Positions 1 through 15,154 are shown, numbered from the stretch's first letter. The stretch is 64,000 nucleotides of DNA from the human T2T-CHM13v2.0 reference genome, Homo sapiens (GCF_009914755.1 NC_060927.1); one strand, 5' to 3'. Translations and numbers: made by a program. Notes: generated by a model from the sequence alone, not told the origin.

Positions 1-2817
1 TACACTATATTTTAATGAAGACTTTCAAGAAAATCAAGCAAATAGAAATTATTTTTTAACCTCTGATTTAAAGTATATATAAGCAATTTTCAAAACCTTT
101 CATAATATTGTAAATATAAAATGCTTTTAGAGAAAAAAAATAATTTATTTTAAAAAGATACACCTGTTTCTAAAAGGAATGCTCTAAATTCTGATTAGGC
201 TTTTTCCTTCAAGAGTTACAAAAAAAGTTGACTGTATTTCAGAGTTCTATAAAGTAGTTTTTTGTCAGTGAAACTAATCATTACACAAGAATATAATTGA
301 CATTTCAAATATTATGATTGCCTTCCTTTTCCACAGTGCAGTCTTTCTCTTAGAGTATAATCATTATCAAAAGAATATGTTTCAAAGCATACAGTAACAG
401 TAACATTTTCTGCTGCAGATATATATATTTATTTTTACTTATACACTATGCTATGAATTAGCCGTTGTGTTGAGAGAAATTGGTACCATGTAAAATAAAT
501 ATTTAAAAAATGTTCATTACTTCTTTATGTGCTTATTTCCTTTATCATTCAGGAACTACAACAATGATGCCTAGAGAACAAAGATTGAACTGGGAAGCAG
601 TAGAGGCCAACTTCTGATTTTGTCTTTTAATATTTCTCCCCACAGAAACACCATAGTAGTAAACTCAAATAAGCAAAATATCTTCATTAAGTAAATAATT
701 CCTGATGCAAAGTAGTACACAATAGTGGCCACTATGTTCTGAATATTTTAGAAAATGTATAAGCAGTATCACAACATTACATGATATTTGGCTTAAAGTA
801 ATTAAGCATCAATGCCATCACTACTGCTGTGAAAAAGTTATCAAATATTGTTATATAGGAGGTTGCATGGTGTGGAGTAAATGAGAAAAAAGTTTTTAGC
901 TCCACTCAAAGCAGATATCGACTGTTCTGTCTTCAAGGATTTTAAAATGAGTAGCCTGTCCCACAGCTCCCTGATTCATTCTGATCTCGCAATGACAACA
1001 TAACATAAACAAGCAAGAAGATCAATCTATATGAAAGGAGTTTGGGGTAGTTATACAAAGTTCAACAGCAGACTGAAATCATTGAACATATTGAAAGAAA
1101 GAAGTAACTTTCCCAGAAATTGAGCTTCGAACATCAGTTACTTGAAGATTTTAAACAGATATATAAGCAAATAAGAGATGTTTGGACACAGGCTAAACCA
1201 ACTAGGATAAGAACTTATTCAACACAATATTACCCAGACTGGTCAAGAAAAGTTCCCAGTGACATAGGTGATATTTACCACCAGTTTTTCAGTAAGAAGA
1301 GACCAGAAATTGTCAGAACTTAATTTACAGTATTATTTATGTACAGAATTATTGTTAAGTACCTAGTGTTTTCATTATAGATCGCGGACTTGTTAATTTA
1401 TTGTACTGTTCTTACTTTACTAGAGTGTATTTTGAATGGTTGGGATGTGAATCACATACTGTAATATAAAGTCTAGGTAGACTGTTTAGATTTCGATGTT
1501 TGATTGTGTTGATAGGGTTCTATCCTACCCACAATCTTTCCTTGAATTTGTAGGATTTAAATGCCCACTCGATTAAATCATTATTGAGATATGATATTCT
1601 TCTAAGAAGTAGGAGTAGATAGAGGTTAAATGAGCTATATGGAATACACCTTTGTATATTCTAAAGCGATCAGCAACACAAAATTTTGTGGATGACAGTG
1701 TTGTCTGTAACAATTGCTGTATTTCATATATACAACATGTTCTTGTTTCTCATATTAAAAAAAGTGTTCAAAATGATTATTTTTAAAGAGAAAAATTATA
1801 TCTTATTGGTGAGGTAATATAAATGAGGAGAGATTTAAAAAGTTGTTATAAAATCAACCTTATCTAATACCAGAAATGCACTGTTATCATTTTTAAGTGA
1901 ATACATCAATATGACTTTATATACGGGTAAATATAAATGTTTTCCATTAATTCTAATAAAAATTAGAAAGTTAAGTATTTTTTTGAAATGAGAATTATGA
2001 AATATCTAGCAGCTTAATGAGTAGGAATGGCTACATGGCAAAATATACATATTTCCAGATAATAACTCACTTTGATTTTAATATATATTACACATTATAT
2101 TGGGAAGCATTTTAATAGTAATTTTAATAGATCATTAATTTCAATAGTATTTTACCATCATAATCATCAATTAGCCATGATATATAGTAACAATTTCTGG
2201 TGAAACTGCCTAACCAGTTTTTTTATATTTTATAATAAAAGAAAAAGTTAATAATTGTTATATAATTTTCTATTAAAAAATTAAATTCTGATTTAAGCCA
2301 AAGGTGCCAATATAACACCATATTCTTCACCCTCTTCAAGTAATGAATAAAAACTAAAAACATAAATCATTTGTATTTAGTCAAGATTTTATATCTTCAC
2401 ATAAATAAAAATCATACCCCATTTCTTCTTAACTATATCCTTCTACAATCAATATTTTAAGTTGAACCAATGTGATAAAAGGCATCAATTTTCATTCTTG
2501 ATAAATCTTTCTGTGACCAACTCCAAAAACATATTAATCACTCAAAATATTTAAAGTAGTTTCCCAAATTTAATTCACTGTAAAATTTTCCTAGGCAATT
2601 TAAGTGGGAAGGAGGCCAGCAACACAGTTTAGCAACATAGATTATGATGCTGTACTCCAGAAGTAGTGGGATATATTTTTAAGAAGAAATTAAGCGGGAA
2701 GTGAATAAATGGGGTAGGAGGGATTTGTATGTGTAAATATGTACATATTGAAGAAAGTAAACCAAAATAAATATGCTTTATATATTTTATAAAAATAAAA
2801 AATACTATATACACGTA

Positions 2818-3030
2818 ACTCATTTACTGAATTATCTGCCAGGCACATAACTTATATATTTCAATTCTTACTACATTTCTAGTAAATACCCTTGTTTACA
2901 ATTTAATAATGTCAAATTATGGCGTAAAGAAATGTAAAAGCTTGTCCAAGATTAAATTATTAAATGACTGGGCATCATCTTGGACCTTATATTGAGTGAT
3001 ATCTAACCGTTATTCTTGACTATCATAACA
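2818..3030 (-). mobile_element. MIR SINE relic
   Basis: Degenerate antisense MIR pattern (catttactga...tgccaggcac...cttgtccaagatt...); boundaries approximate. Confidence 0.5.
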
Positions 3031-3979
3031 TCTGCCCACATATCAGAAATTTGTAATATAGGATACATTTATTTAGGAATAAGAGTTTTAGATTCATTAG
3101 CTATTGATGAAAAGAATAATGTGGGACATATAAAGAACTGAAAATTCCATGTGAGAGGAACAGCCCAAGCAAAGGACTGAGGAAGAAAAATAGCATTTTC
3201 TGGATTTGAAGACACACTACAGGAAGGAACTTAGCTTTATTTGTAATAATTTGCTACCACCACTAAATGCTTTCAATGAGGGAAATACATTAACGTGAAG
3301 CTGAATCTAAAAATCACAACAGAATTCTGAGTTGGAGATAAATATCTGGAAAGGAGACCTGTGCAGCAAAACATAACTGCCAAGAAAGGGCCAAGAGGCC
3401 AATGAATTCTTACTTATCTACTTTTATTTATTTATTACTTGTTTTTATTATCACCTTCTGATAAAGGACCCTCACAGTTTAATTCTAGGCCTGCTCCCCT
3501 GCTCCTGCTGACACATGTTTGCTAATTGTTGAAGTTCTGTAGAATGCAATATCTTTACTGTTTATAGGCCCAACATATCCCTGTCTACATCATGCTGATA
3601 TTTTAGTTTAATTACCAACCTGGCAGCCAGGATGCAAAATGGATAAATTACCTTAAAGGTCCCCTGTTGACTTGTCAAAGAAACACCTCTGCAGTCTGTT
3701 CCCATAGAGAGAAAGTCTTAGCTCATACTCCAGAGCATTGAGCCAGCTTGGCAAGCCTTGAAGACTCACAGGAATCTGCAGAGCCAAAGTTCTTAGGGCA
3801 TTCATTCAGATGTTCTCAATTATGTTTTAATATCTTAGGTTTCCCCAACCAGGGTCCTGATCTTGTCATAACAGAACTGGCAGGGGTGAGAATTTAAATC
3901 TTTCAAGCTTCATAACCCTTACTATCAGATATCGATTTTGCTCCTCAGCTATGTTTACTATCACAGTGCAGGATCAAAT

Positions 3980-4255
3980 AGCCTTGTTGTGAGCTACTAA
4001 ACTGACTAAGGGGCAGGATATAGGCATAGGCAGTGATAGCCTTCAGATAAAGATGGAAGTTCTAATCTGTGAGGAAAAAGGGGATGATGAGGTAGGCAGA
4101 AAGAGCCTCAAATGCAGCTTAGCCCTGATAAAGTCTTGGCAGGCTACTGGCGAGTTTTCAAGCAAATGTTTCCCATTAAAGGGATCCTACATCAAGCAAG
4201 ATTAGTGTTCTAGTACACTCACTGTGCTCAGTCATTAGTTGGAAATAAGTCTAGT
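3980..4255 (-). mobile_element. LTR16-family (ERVL) LTR fragment, possibly the 3' LTR of the adjacent ERVL remnant
   Basis: Contains agcaaatgtttcccattaaagggatcctac...ctagtacactcactgtgctcagtcattagttgg, resembling the antisense LTR16-type consensus. Confidence 0.5.
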
Positions 4256-4269
4256 AATTGACTGGTATA

Positions 4270-6010
4270 AGCTGACTATTTTCTGTCTTCAATGTATCAA
4301 AGTGGTTATAATTATTATTTATCCTATATATCTCAAATGACAAGATACTGAATCACATAGTACATCCCTTTCAGGTGTATTCCCTTACAATTCACCACTT
4401 TTGTGGTATGTCATCACCATACTGACGCCCTACTAGTGCTATTGACTATGCTGTACCAGGAATGCAGCATTCCTGGTACAGCATAGTACTATTGACTGTA
4501 CCAGGAATGCAGCATCTTTAAAATGTGGCATATGACAGAGCTATCAGATCCCATGGTGCTCACCACTTCACCTCTTTTGCCGTAAAGTGGGTTCAGTGGA
4601 TTAAGGTGGTGTTACAAAAGATACATTTATTGTTCCATAAAGGGAATGATGTTCACCTTACCTCCGTGATTGAAATGCTTCTACCTGGCTGCTTCTTTCA
4701 GAAATTATATTACTGTCAATTTGAGAGCCCAGTTCTGCAACAGCATCTCCTACTGTTAGTATTAGTCTACAGAGAACATCTGCCACTGAGCTTCTTTATG
4801 ATATCAGTACCCACCTCAAATAGGCTGTTATTGCTGCCATTGTAAATGGAGTGTCATACGTGTCTTGTCGAGGAACAAAGATTTCTGGTGTCTTGTGTCT
4901 TACATTTGGTATTTCTTATTTCTCTGGGACTTTTCTCCTTTCATTTATTCTCAGCCTTTGCTCTTCTGCAAGCATCATTTTGTTTAATGTGGGTTGTTGC
5001 TATTTTCTTAGTTTCCACATGCCAACTCAACTCCACATGCATCAGAATTGGCCTGAGCAACATTCCAGAGCATTAAGTTCCAACTCACAGGAGAGTGCTC
5101 AGATACTGACAAAATCCATTATCCACTTTTAAAATATGTGTGCATACTCATATCTTACTTAGTTCCCTTAAAATATTCACTCCTATGCATAGTTTCCTGG
5201 TCCTGTGAGTGTATATTTTCCAGGTTCTGCAGCTCCTCCAGTTTAAAATTCCTTTTTTCTTTTAGTAGACAAAACACTTTTCTGTTTTTTTTTCATATTA
5301 AGACTAGGCCTCATTTATTGGTCTGCTGTCAAAGAAATAAGTTATGTCAGATTCTGAGAAGAGAATTGTCCTGCCAATAGCCTCTTCACACTCGTCAAGC
5401 AAAGGGCTGCCACTATCCTCTACAAAGGGATGCAAGCATTCAGGATCTTGGTGCATCTACCCTTATATCCCCATGCCTAATCTCATTTCTCCCTTCTTTC
5501 TTCTACTTGTATTGACTATGGCATAGAGAATGCTCCTAGGCTAACAATTCAGTCTTCTCTGAATTTCTATTACTTTCTACAATTATGTTCTATGCCTGAT
5601 ATCCAACTGTCTTCACTGCTTAGCTGCAGAAAATGATGGTTTCTTTAACAACTGCCAAAGAGGCATTCTGACTTTCATAAATTGCTTTAAATTGTTGATT
5701 AATAGATATGAGCCTATCACTTTTTCAGATAAATTAATCATTGGAGCTTAGCAACACCAATCCAATTTTACTGTTCTACTGTTCTTGCCAGCTCTCTCAT
5801 TAATCTCAAACACCTGAGACATTGCATTGCCAGTGCATCCTCTTCTTGCTATATCCCATTCCAGACCATCATAGATGAAGCCTTAGCAATTCCACTGCTA
5901 CAGCATTTTGAGGACTGTCCAGACTCAATTTGGAATCAGCATTGAGATCCTTATCGCCAACCAGAATTACATCCTCCAGGACTCCTTCCTAGGATGACTC
6001 CTGGCATACA
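4270..6010 (-). mobile_element. Degenerate ERVL internal region (ERV3-16A3/ERVL-int-like), non-coding
   Basis: Integrase-region-like antisense motif at ~4530-4610 (gacagagctatcagatcccatggt...gccgtaaagtgggt); leader/PBS-like ccagaattacatcct...ttcctaggatgactcctggca directly abutting the LTR at ~6012. Confidence 0.55.
4439..4515. repeat. Perfect 43-bp palindrome (4445-4487) within a direct-inverted-direct micro-duplication
   Basis: actatgctgtaccaggaatgc (4445-4465), a, then gcattcctggtacagcatagt (4467-4487), its exact reverse complement; ctattgact...gtaccaggaatgcagcat recurs at 4489-4515. Confidence 0.95.
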
Positions 6011-6011
6011 C

Positions 6012-6452
6012 TGTCTTAAGTTTCCTAGAAGTGGAATCTAAGAGGAGACTTTTTTTCCACGTAACTTATTACAGAAAGCTCTGAGAAGGGAAAACAGTGA
6101 AACAATGAAGGTTAGGAGAAAAACTTTAAGCAATAATGTCATATCTGCTGGAAATTTGTTTCAGTCTGATACCATGTGGAAGCTGTAGAATGCAAATTAC
6201 AACAATACATTGATGCCTTGCAACTAATTACCTTGGACCCTATATCAGTCAGTCAGGAGCAAAAGTCTGCCCTACACACAGGGAGTGGCATATAACTTCT
6301 GTGGTGGTGGATCCTGCTTGGCTGAGAGCAGTTCTCTGGAGAAGAGGTCAGATAAGAGTTATTTGCTAAGCACAGGCCTCACAAATAGCTGGGAGATAGA
6401 TGCACCAACTGGTTCAGGCGATCAGAAAGGGAAATATTCAGCATCTACTACC
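6012..6452 (-). mobile_element. LTR16C-like ERVL LTR (5' LTR of the remnant to its left)
   Basis: tttcctagaag...tttcagtctgataccatg...ggctgagagcagttctctggagaagagg...agctgggagatagatgcacc...agcatctacta match the antisense LTR16C pattern. Confidence 0.6.
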
Positions 6453-6555
6453 ACATGAAAGTGAATATGTTACCAATTATAAGATCATCTCCTGAGAAAA
6501 AATGCTCATCCAAGTCCATATTCAACCCCATAACATGATTAAAAATAGTATGCCT

Positions 6556-6958
<403 letters not shown>

Positions 6959-7552
6959 TTAATTTATAGAAAGAAGAGTAGGATGACTTTTAAGGATTAT
7001 GTGTCACAATAGCAGGCCCACTGTTATTCTCAATACCTAACTGGCAAATTACAAATTTCCCCATAGAAAGGAAAAGTAACTTATGGCACATAAGAGGTGC
7101 ATACACTCAAGCTGAACTAGTGTATTTTATTTTAGATGTAATTGAAATGACTCTTTTATGGAAATCAACAAAAATTATTAACATTCAGTTGCTTTCGGGG
7201 AATTTACATGATGAAATGGAGGAGCAACAAGAACTATTCTCAATACAGTCTTGGATCAATTACTTCTGTCTAAAATCCAAAGAGTTAGAATTTCATCTAC
7301 ATCTTCAGCACTATCTACATGTCCTGCAGCTACACAATACAAATTAACTAATTTCTAAAATGTTGTTGGGGGTAACTTCAAGCACCAATTACATTGCCTC
7401 AGTGCTGCTGTATAAATTTATTGTAGATTTTAAAAAATGACTTTTTTGAACGCACCTCATTTTAATTAAATTAGTGATCTGTGGAATTATTTAGTGAGAT
7501 GCTCTACTACCATCTATAAAATTACTCAATGAGATATAATATTTTCATCCTA

Positions 7553-7598
7553 TTCATCATATTTTCAGACCATAGTTCATCATATTTTCAGACTATAT
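7553..7598. repeat. 23-bp tandem duplication
   Basis: ttcatcatattttcagaccatag followed by ttcatcatattttcagactatat. Confidence 0.85.
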
Positions 7599-7993
7599 TC
7601 AGGAGAAATTCCAGTTCTTGAGATGTTAGATTATTTGTGATCTATTTGAGATTTCATAAGTTTTATGAATCCTATTTAATCAATTTGATTTATTTTTTTT
7701 CTCAACAGTTGGTCTACTGAGTAAGGAAACTAAACTTTGTGTTAGTGATTAATATTTATGAAGGGAAGTCATATCCACATGGAAGAGAAATTGAAAGAAA
7801 GTGAAATTTCAGTGGTAGCCATATGGGAGTTTTCTTTTTCTTCTTCTTTTTTTAAAAGCTTTCCAATGTAACTCTATTATACAGATGATGGAAGACAAAA
7901 CAGAAGCACTTCATGAGGCCATGTACAATAAATAATAAATTTTAAAACCTGAAGAAAAAAAACAACAACTAATAAACATCAACCTTAAATCTA

Positions 7994-8328
<335 letters not shown>

Positions 8329-8544
8329 TCAAAAGAAAAAAGAGTAAAAATACTTATATAAAAAAATAGTAAAAATAGTTAAAACAATATGAAAATCCTG
8401 AGCTCCCAAAAAGCAACAAATACAATGGTTTTTGTAATATATTACATACCCTGAAAAGAATGGCATTGTGACAAGAATGATAGTAAAAGTAAAATCATAT
8501 TTGAGCTAGGCTATTTAAAATAATCAAGTTATCATCTATCATCT

Positions 8545-9180
8545 CCTGTCATGCTGCACTGAGAACAGCACAACAGCACTTTTGTGATATCTGTACCAAA
8601 ACTGCATAACCTGTATTTAATCATGAGGGTATATCAGACAAAGCCAAATTGAGGGGCATTTTACAAGATAACTGGCCTATAATTTTCAAAAATATCAAGG
8701 CTCTGAAAAACTAAGACTATCTGAGGAACTATTCCAGATTAGAGAAAACCAAAGAGACATGACAACTAAATGTATTGTGTTATACTGGATTGCATCCTGG
8801 AGCAGAAACTAAAACAAACAAACATTTTACAAGAAATACCACTATAGGAACACTTGGTGACATCTAAATAATGTCTATTGAACAGATAACCGTTCAATGT
8901 TAATTTCCTAATTTTGATAACTACAGCATTAATATACAAGACAATGTTCTTGATTTTAGTAAATGCAAAATGAATTATTTAGGGCATGACTAGTGTCAAT
9001 TTACTCTCCACAGGTGAGAAGATAATAATATATATGTATAGATGTAGAGAAAATTATAAAGCAGATATGGTGAAATGTTAACACTTGGGGAATCTTTATG
9101 AAAGTTATATTAGAGTTATTTGTATCTGTCTTGCAATACTTCCCTAAGTCTGAAGTCATCTCAAAATGAAAGTTTAAACA
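8545..9180 (+). mobile_element. L1MC4/L1MC5-type 3' UTR fragment
   Basis: gcactgagaa...aaaactgcataacctg...atcagacaaagccaaattgagggg...gagacatgacaactaaatg...aaatgttaacacttggggaatct matches the L1MC4/5 3' end. Confidence 0.75.
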
Positions 9181-10056
9181 CAGCAATTCATATCAAAAAA
9201 AAGAAAAAAAATCATAAATAGGGCAAATAGACTTATTTTAAATATAAAAGATTCTTATTTATTTTTGGCTAAAATACTGCAATTGTATAATAATGTTAAC
9301 CTTAATAGCTTTGAGAATTTGTCATTGAATAAAGCACTTTTTTTACAGTGCATGTAACAGCATAGAAATTTTTTAAAAAGTGGAGAAATACAAAAGGAAA
9401 AACTACTTCAAAACACTAATACAGTCACAAGCCAAATAATGACTTTATTTTATAATTTATTCCCTAGTGCATGGCATTATTTAAGCTGATGTTTAAAATG
9501 CATGTGTTTATATAAACAGAGCTGCAGATGCAGTCATATTTGTTGGAGTTAAGTTTTTCCCGTACTTTCCCTTAATTAACTAGTAGTAATTTAATACGAC
9601 TGGCAAACTTAAGCCTCAGTTTTAACTAATGCAAATTAAGATAATTATATTGTACAAATAAATTCATTTTTTGGTTATACGATGAATCATCAATTTCCTC
9701 TTCATTTCTATTCTTGAAATGTTTGAATCATGTCACTTTGTTCCATACGATGTTTCTTCTTAGTTTCAGTTCAGTGGTGAATGAAGTGACTTAAGCAGTC
9801 CATCAAACATTGTGTTCTTGTCATACAGATAAATTGCTATACAGAAAATTTATGAATTGCAGTTCTAAATCTCTAAATCTTTAATATTTACAAACCATCA
9901 AAACTTCTAAGTCAGTCGGGAAAATCACGTGTTTTAAAAATATTCCTTTACCTGAGGTTTGGTGAAGCGGAGAAATATAACCTGAACTTTTTTATCTATC
10001 CCACTGAATTGTGATTATCATATAAGTTATCAATTTGTGTTTTTATTATTTTACCC

Positions 10057-10415
10057 TGATATGGTTCGGCTCTTTGTCCCCACCCAAATCTCATCTTGAA
10101 TTGTAATAATCCACACATGTCAAGGGCAGGACCAGGTGGAGATAATTGAATAATGGGGGCAATTTCTGCCATGCCGTTCTCATGATAGCGAGTGAGTTCT
10201 CACCAGATCTGGTGGTTTTATAAGAATCTGGCATCTCCCCTACTGGCACTCATTCTCTCTCCTGGCGCCCTGTGAAGGGGTGCCTTCCACCATGATTGTA
10301 AGTTTCCTGGGGCCTCCCCAAACATGCTGAACTGTGAGTCAATTAAACCTCTTTTCTTTATAAATTATCCAGTCTTGGGTATTTCCTCATAGCAACGTGA
10401 GAACAGACTAATACA
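10057..10415 (+). mobile_element. THE1 (THE1C/D-like) MaLR solo LTR
   Basis: tgatatggtt...ccccacccaaatctcatcttgaattgta start; aactgtgagtcaattaaacctc; ends gactaataca. Confidence 0.9.
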
Positions 10416-10454
10416 TCCCTAAGCTTAAAAGCTTAAAAGAATTCTGTTATCAAA

Positions 10455-10684
10455 GCTTATTGTAACCTTGAATTCCTGCTCTCAAGCGATTCTCCTTCCT
10501 CATCCTTCCCAATAGCTAGTACTACAGACAGACACCATTATACACAGATAATTATTTTTTTTAATGTAGAGACAGGTTCACACTATGTTGCCCAGGCTAG
10601 TCTTAAACTCTTGGCCTCAAGTAATCCTCTCACCTCGGCCTCTCAAAATGCTGGGTTTATAGACATGAGCCACTGTGTCTGGCT
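10455..10684 (-). mobile_element. AluJ-like, lacking its 3' end and poly-A
   Basis: Antisense Alu: gtagagacagg...tatgttgcccaggctagtcttaaactc...catgagccactgtgtctggc. Confidence 0.85.
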
Positions 10685-10837
10685 TTCATGTGATAATTAA
10701 AAACAAGGTAAGATGATCCCTTCCTTTAATAGTATCCAGTAAGATAAATATATGCACAAAGTATACAGTTAGGTGTAATTCAACAAGCATCTTACAAATA
10801 AAATTTAAAATAATTGCAATTTTAAGAATCATATATC

Positions 10838-10975
10838 AGCCAGGCATGGTGGATAATGCTGTACTCTCAGCTCTGAGAGGCTGAGGTGGAAGCATCACTT
10901 GAGGCTAGGAATTTGAGACCAGCCTAGGCAACATAAGGTGACCCCATCTTTACAAATAATAATAATAATAATAAT
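10838..10975 (+). mobile_element. FLAM / Alu left monomer with (AAT)n tail
   Basis: Single monomer agccaggcatggtgg...cacttgaggctaggaatttgagaccagcctaggcaacata...aataataat. Confidence 0.85.
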
Positions 10976-11409
10976 TTAAAATTTTTAAAAGGAAATAAAA
11001 CAAAAAAAATTATATACCAAAGTTATTTTCCATATACAGAAATTTCTGATGGACTATATCTATAAAATCAGAAACTGCTTGAAGAGCTACTTCTGGAAAT
11101 TGTTTTAAATGCTAAAGGATAAATCTCACGTACTTCATAATAAAATTATGCTGCTGAAAAACCTTTTAAAATGTAGTTTCTATTAAAAAAAAATCCCACC
11201 TATGCTTCATATTGTTTTCATCTCTTAGATGCTTTATTTTCCATGTTCTGTGTTCACTATGTGGTTATTTTAAGATATTATACATACTAATCTAATTAAA
11301 GGTGAGAATATTTCAATAACAATTAAGAAAACATCAAATTAAAAAACCTTGAATTTCAAAATCTCAGGTTCCCACTATTCTCAGCTTGTTCTATTGAAAA
11401 ATATCACAA

Positions 11410-11555
11410 GGCTAAGATACTAGATCTGCTATGAACTAGCTGTAGAAGCAATGAGCAAGAGCTTTCCACCTTCCGATTTCCATATGCTGATCTTTAAAGC
11501 AGTTGGACTAAGTAAAACACAAATTCCCTTTCATACAAAAATATCCTTGATTTTT
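11410..11555 (+). mobile_element. MIR3-like relic
   Basis: ctgctatgaactagctgt...gagcaag...gttggacta...aaattccctttc. Confidence 0.45.
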
Positions 11556-12714
11556 TCCTTTGTGCAAATGAAGAAACTGCATTTGTTTCTCCTTGCTAAA
11601 TAGTGAATATCTATTATGTTGTTATGTTGTTAATAGTTATTTTGCTTAAAAATATATTTCTGGATTTGTATATGTTTATGTAATTTTTAGCCTATCATAA
11701 GAACCCAAATTATCAATATCCTTAAAAAGTATATTTCCCAGACAGTTGTATCCAAAGCATGTATATCTGAAAATGTTTATTATAAATAATGTCCAAAGGC
11801 TTTGCTGTCACTGTGTGTTTGCTATCGCTTGCTATCACCTGCTTTACAATAATAGATGTTGGCACTTTCTTTAGATGTATTTGATTTTTTTTCACTTACA
11901 CCTTCTTCTGATGTCCTATTCTATATTATAAATTATTTAAGAAAGAAAATTATATTTCTTGTGATCATGACAAACCTTTGAATAAAATAAAGTTTTGTAT
12001 AATAATTCCCTTTTATTGATTTGTAAAAAATTAGAGAATTTCCATTTTTCTTGTAAAGTTTCATCTGACTTAAGTTGACTGAGTGTTTCAACAAATCAAG
12101 CTATATTTTCAGGGAGAGACGAACGTGAACTATTCTTGGCCATCATTTATTGTACTCATCATAATTTTTTTTTCTGATTTTTTGTTTTCATTCCACATAG
12201 GTCACTACAGCAAAGTTTTTTTGTTCTGTTCCATCAGGTCTCTTTAGGTCTAGTGGCTCTCTGTATTATGTGTGGTTTTACTCTTGTATGCACAGGACAT
12301 ATTTTGTAGTTCCTACTCCATGCTCTGATTCATGGAATTCTACAATATTAAGAAGAGCACTTCTTATTTGTCATGCATGGTTACAGAAACATCATCTTTA
12401 AAAGAAGATGAACCCAAGAAAATCTGTAAGGCCAGTTCCAGCATCACATAGCCATTTCTTTGTGTAATCACGTGCTATACCTTTCTAAAGAAACAGCAGA
12501 AAATGAGGCAGAAGTTTCTTTGCTTTTAAATCATTCGAATCTCTCTGGAGATTAGGTCACTGCTTCCTTTTAGGGTTTAACACCTTGGAATATCAGGCAC
12601 AAGCCCCCTTCTCATGATCTAATTGCCTTTGAACTCTTTTTCTCCTCCCAACACAGGTAGGATCAGTATAGTCTCTGGAGTTCCTACACGTGTAAGGGCC
12701 TTACAATGTCACGA

Positions 12715-13090
12715 GTTTTAAGTCAGTTTCTCTAGAAGCAAAGTCTGTAATAGTGATTTTTTTTCACTGACTCAAGCGATGTTTCAAGGTGAAAGGAAGG
12801 ATAAGGCAGTGTTGGTGGAACACTAAGCAAGCCTGTGTCTCAGTTGAAGACTAGCTTCAGTCTGATACCACAAAGAGGTTCTAGGCAAAAATTGTACAAC
12901 AGAGTTTGTCTTACCTTAGGCAGGATCACTCACTGCCTTAGGTCTAAGTTGAAGGATAGGCAACTCTGACCTGTTGGAAGAAGAGAGTGGCAGTGCTCCA
13001 GAGAAATTACAGCTGTGAATTATCAGCAACCAACATACATATCAGTTGGGGGATGGATACACTGTTTAAGGGGGCCTGAGCATCCCCTAT
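12715..13090 (-). mobile_element. LTR16C-like solo LTR
   Basis: tctcagttgaagactagcttcagtctgataccac...acagctgtgaattatcagcaaccaaca...agttgggggatggatacac; same family pattern as 6012-6452. Confidence 0.6.
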
Positions 13091-13117
13091 ACAAGGCTAA
13101 TGATGATAATTCAACTC

Positions 13118-13480
13118 TTTATCTGTGTTCCCTCAAAGAAATACTTGAGATATAGAGTTAGGTACTTATAGAGGTGACCCCAAGAAGCACTCATGAGGAA
13201 ATAAAAAGTATGAGACAAGAGAAAAGACAATCATCAGTTCATTAGTGTGCAGACTCACATTGTAGACAAATAGGTTGGGGCTCTCTATCTTCCCTGGGGA
13301 GTCACCTTTCCTTCTCTGGGTTAGTAGGCAATTGATGCTGAATGATTGCAGTGCAAGAAAGCTCTCAGGAACAAGAAATAAAAACAGTCTTTTAAGACAG
13401 GAAGGTGTAATTTATGTGCTGGGAAAAGATCTAATATAGTTGCCTATAAACTGAAGTGGACTGTACTGCATGAATTGTGT
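13118..13480 (-). mobile_element. ERVL-class LTR (LTR33/LTR16-like), probable 3' LTR of the following internal remnant
   Basis: gttccctcaaagaaatacttgaga...gaggtgaccccaagaagcac...gtatgagaca pattern. Confidence 0.45.
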
Positions 13481-14586
13481 ATGTTATATCTCTTATACTA
13501 TCCTATTTTAGTCATGGTCACGTTGAGTCCCCAGTGTGGAGATGCAATATTCAGACTTCCAGGTGATAGCTAGTATCAACTTCTAAAAGAATATTTGAAA
13601 TGGGAAGGATGGTGAAAAATTACACTCCTATGGCTATCGCTAGTCCCAAGACAATTTTGTGTATTCATAACTTTCCTCGTCTACTTTCTATTTCTCAGTC
13701 CCATCTCTCTTGGTCAGCATTCCACTGGCCTAGGTACTAGTCCTGGTGAGTTGACTTAGGTCATAATTCCTCAAGGTTTTGATTTCCTAATTACCTGGTT
13801 CTTTATTACCCTACAGTGGCCTTAATTACCAATCCACTGTTATCACAGGAAATGGAAGCACAAGTAAGAACTTTCAATAAGTCCTTGAATTCCACACAAC
13901 GTTTTCATTGCCCTTTATATAGCTGCAACTTTAGCACATCTAGTAAATGAGCTTCAATTAGTCTTTTTAGGAGAGGAGACCCTGCCTTTGGATTCTGACC
14001 TATTATCCTGTCCCACAATGAAGCAGAAGAAGTTATGGTGTCTCATGTACTGAAGCATTTGTTGCATCCTCTGGTCAAAGTATTTAATCTCTGGGTACCA
14101 GTCTCTAATCCCACAAACTCCAATATTGGACAGATGAGAACCTAAAATTCCCCAAGTGAGACAACAGAAATGATGAAGAAAGAAGGCATTCCTATTTCTA
14201 CCCTTTGATTCCCAGACTAGTTATTGAGAAAAAACAGCAGCAGCATAAATAGTTGTTGTTTTAACATATATACCAGGGTTCCCAACTCCACATCACGTAC
14301 AACATGATGCATTTTCCTGAGCCTTTGAAAGGCTATTTAAAATTCTATCATAACGGCATTGCACAGGTGATATGGGCAGAAATTTTTGCTTCTATAACAT
14401 GTGCCCTTCATTGTTTTTCCTTCACTATAAAATTACCGCGTTCTTGGACTGAGGTCATGCTATGTGTCATGCTAAACCTCAGTGAGTGGTGTTGGCAGAA
14501 GCAATGTGATTAGACAAGACAAATTCATTTCTAGAATTTGTGACAATCCCAGTAAGTATAAATTTTTGCTACTCCTGGCCCTTTCA

Positions 14587-14730
<144 letters not shown>

Positions 14731-14829
14731 CTAGTTGATCTCCTTGAATGATGGTGAGGGTTCAAGGCTCATAAAAATAATTTCAAGATGGATCTAAGGA
14801 TCACTGCATTCAATGTAAATGTGGGCCAG

Positions 14830-15154
<325 letters not shown>

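Noticed and set aside
1-2800. AT-rich unique-looking start of the window including ORF 1120-1323
   Set aside because: Non-ATG short ORF without homology; no supportable feature beyond possible faint MIR relics
4525-5526. Run of overlapping + strand ORFs
   Set aside because: Lie antisense within decayed ERVL internal sequence; no recognisable protein
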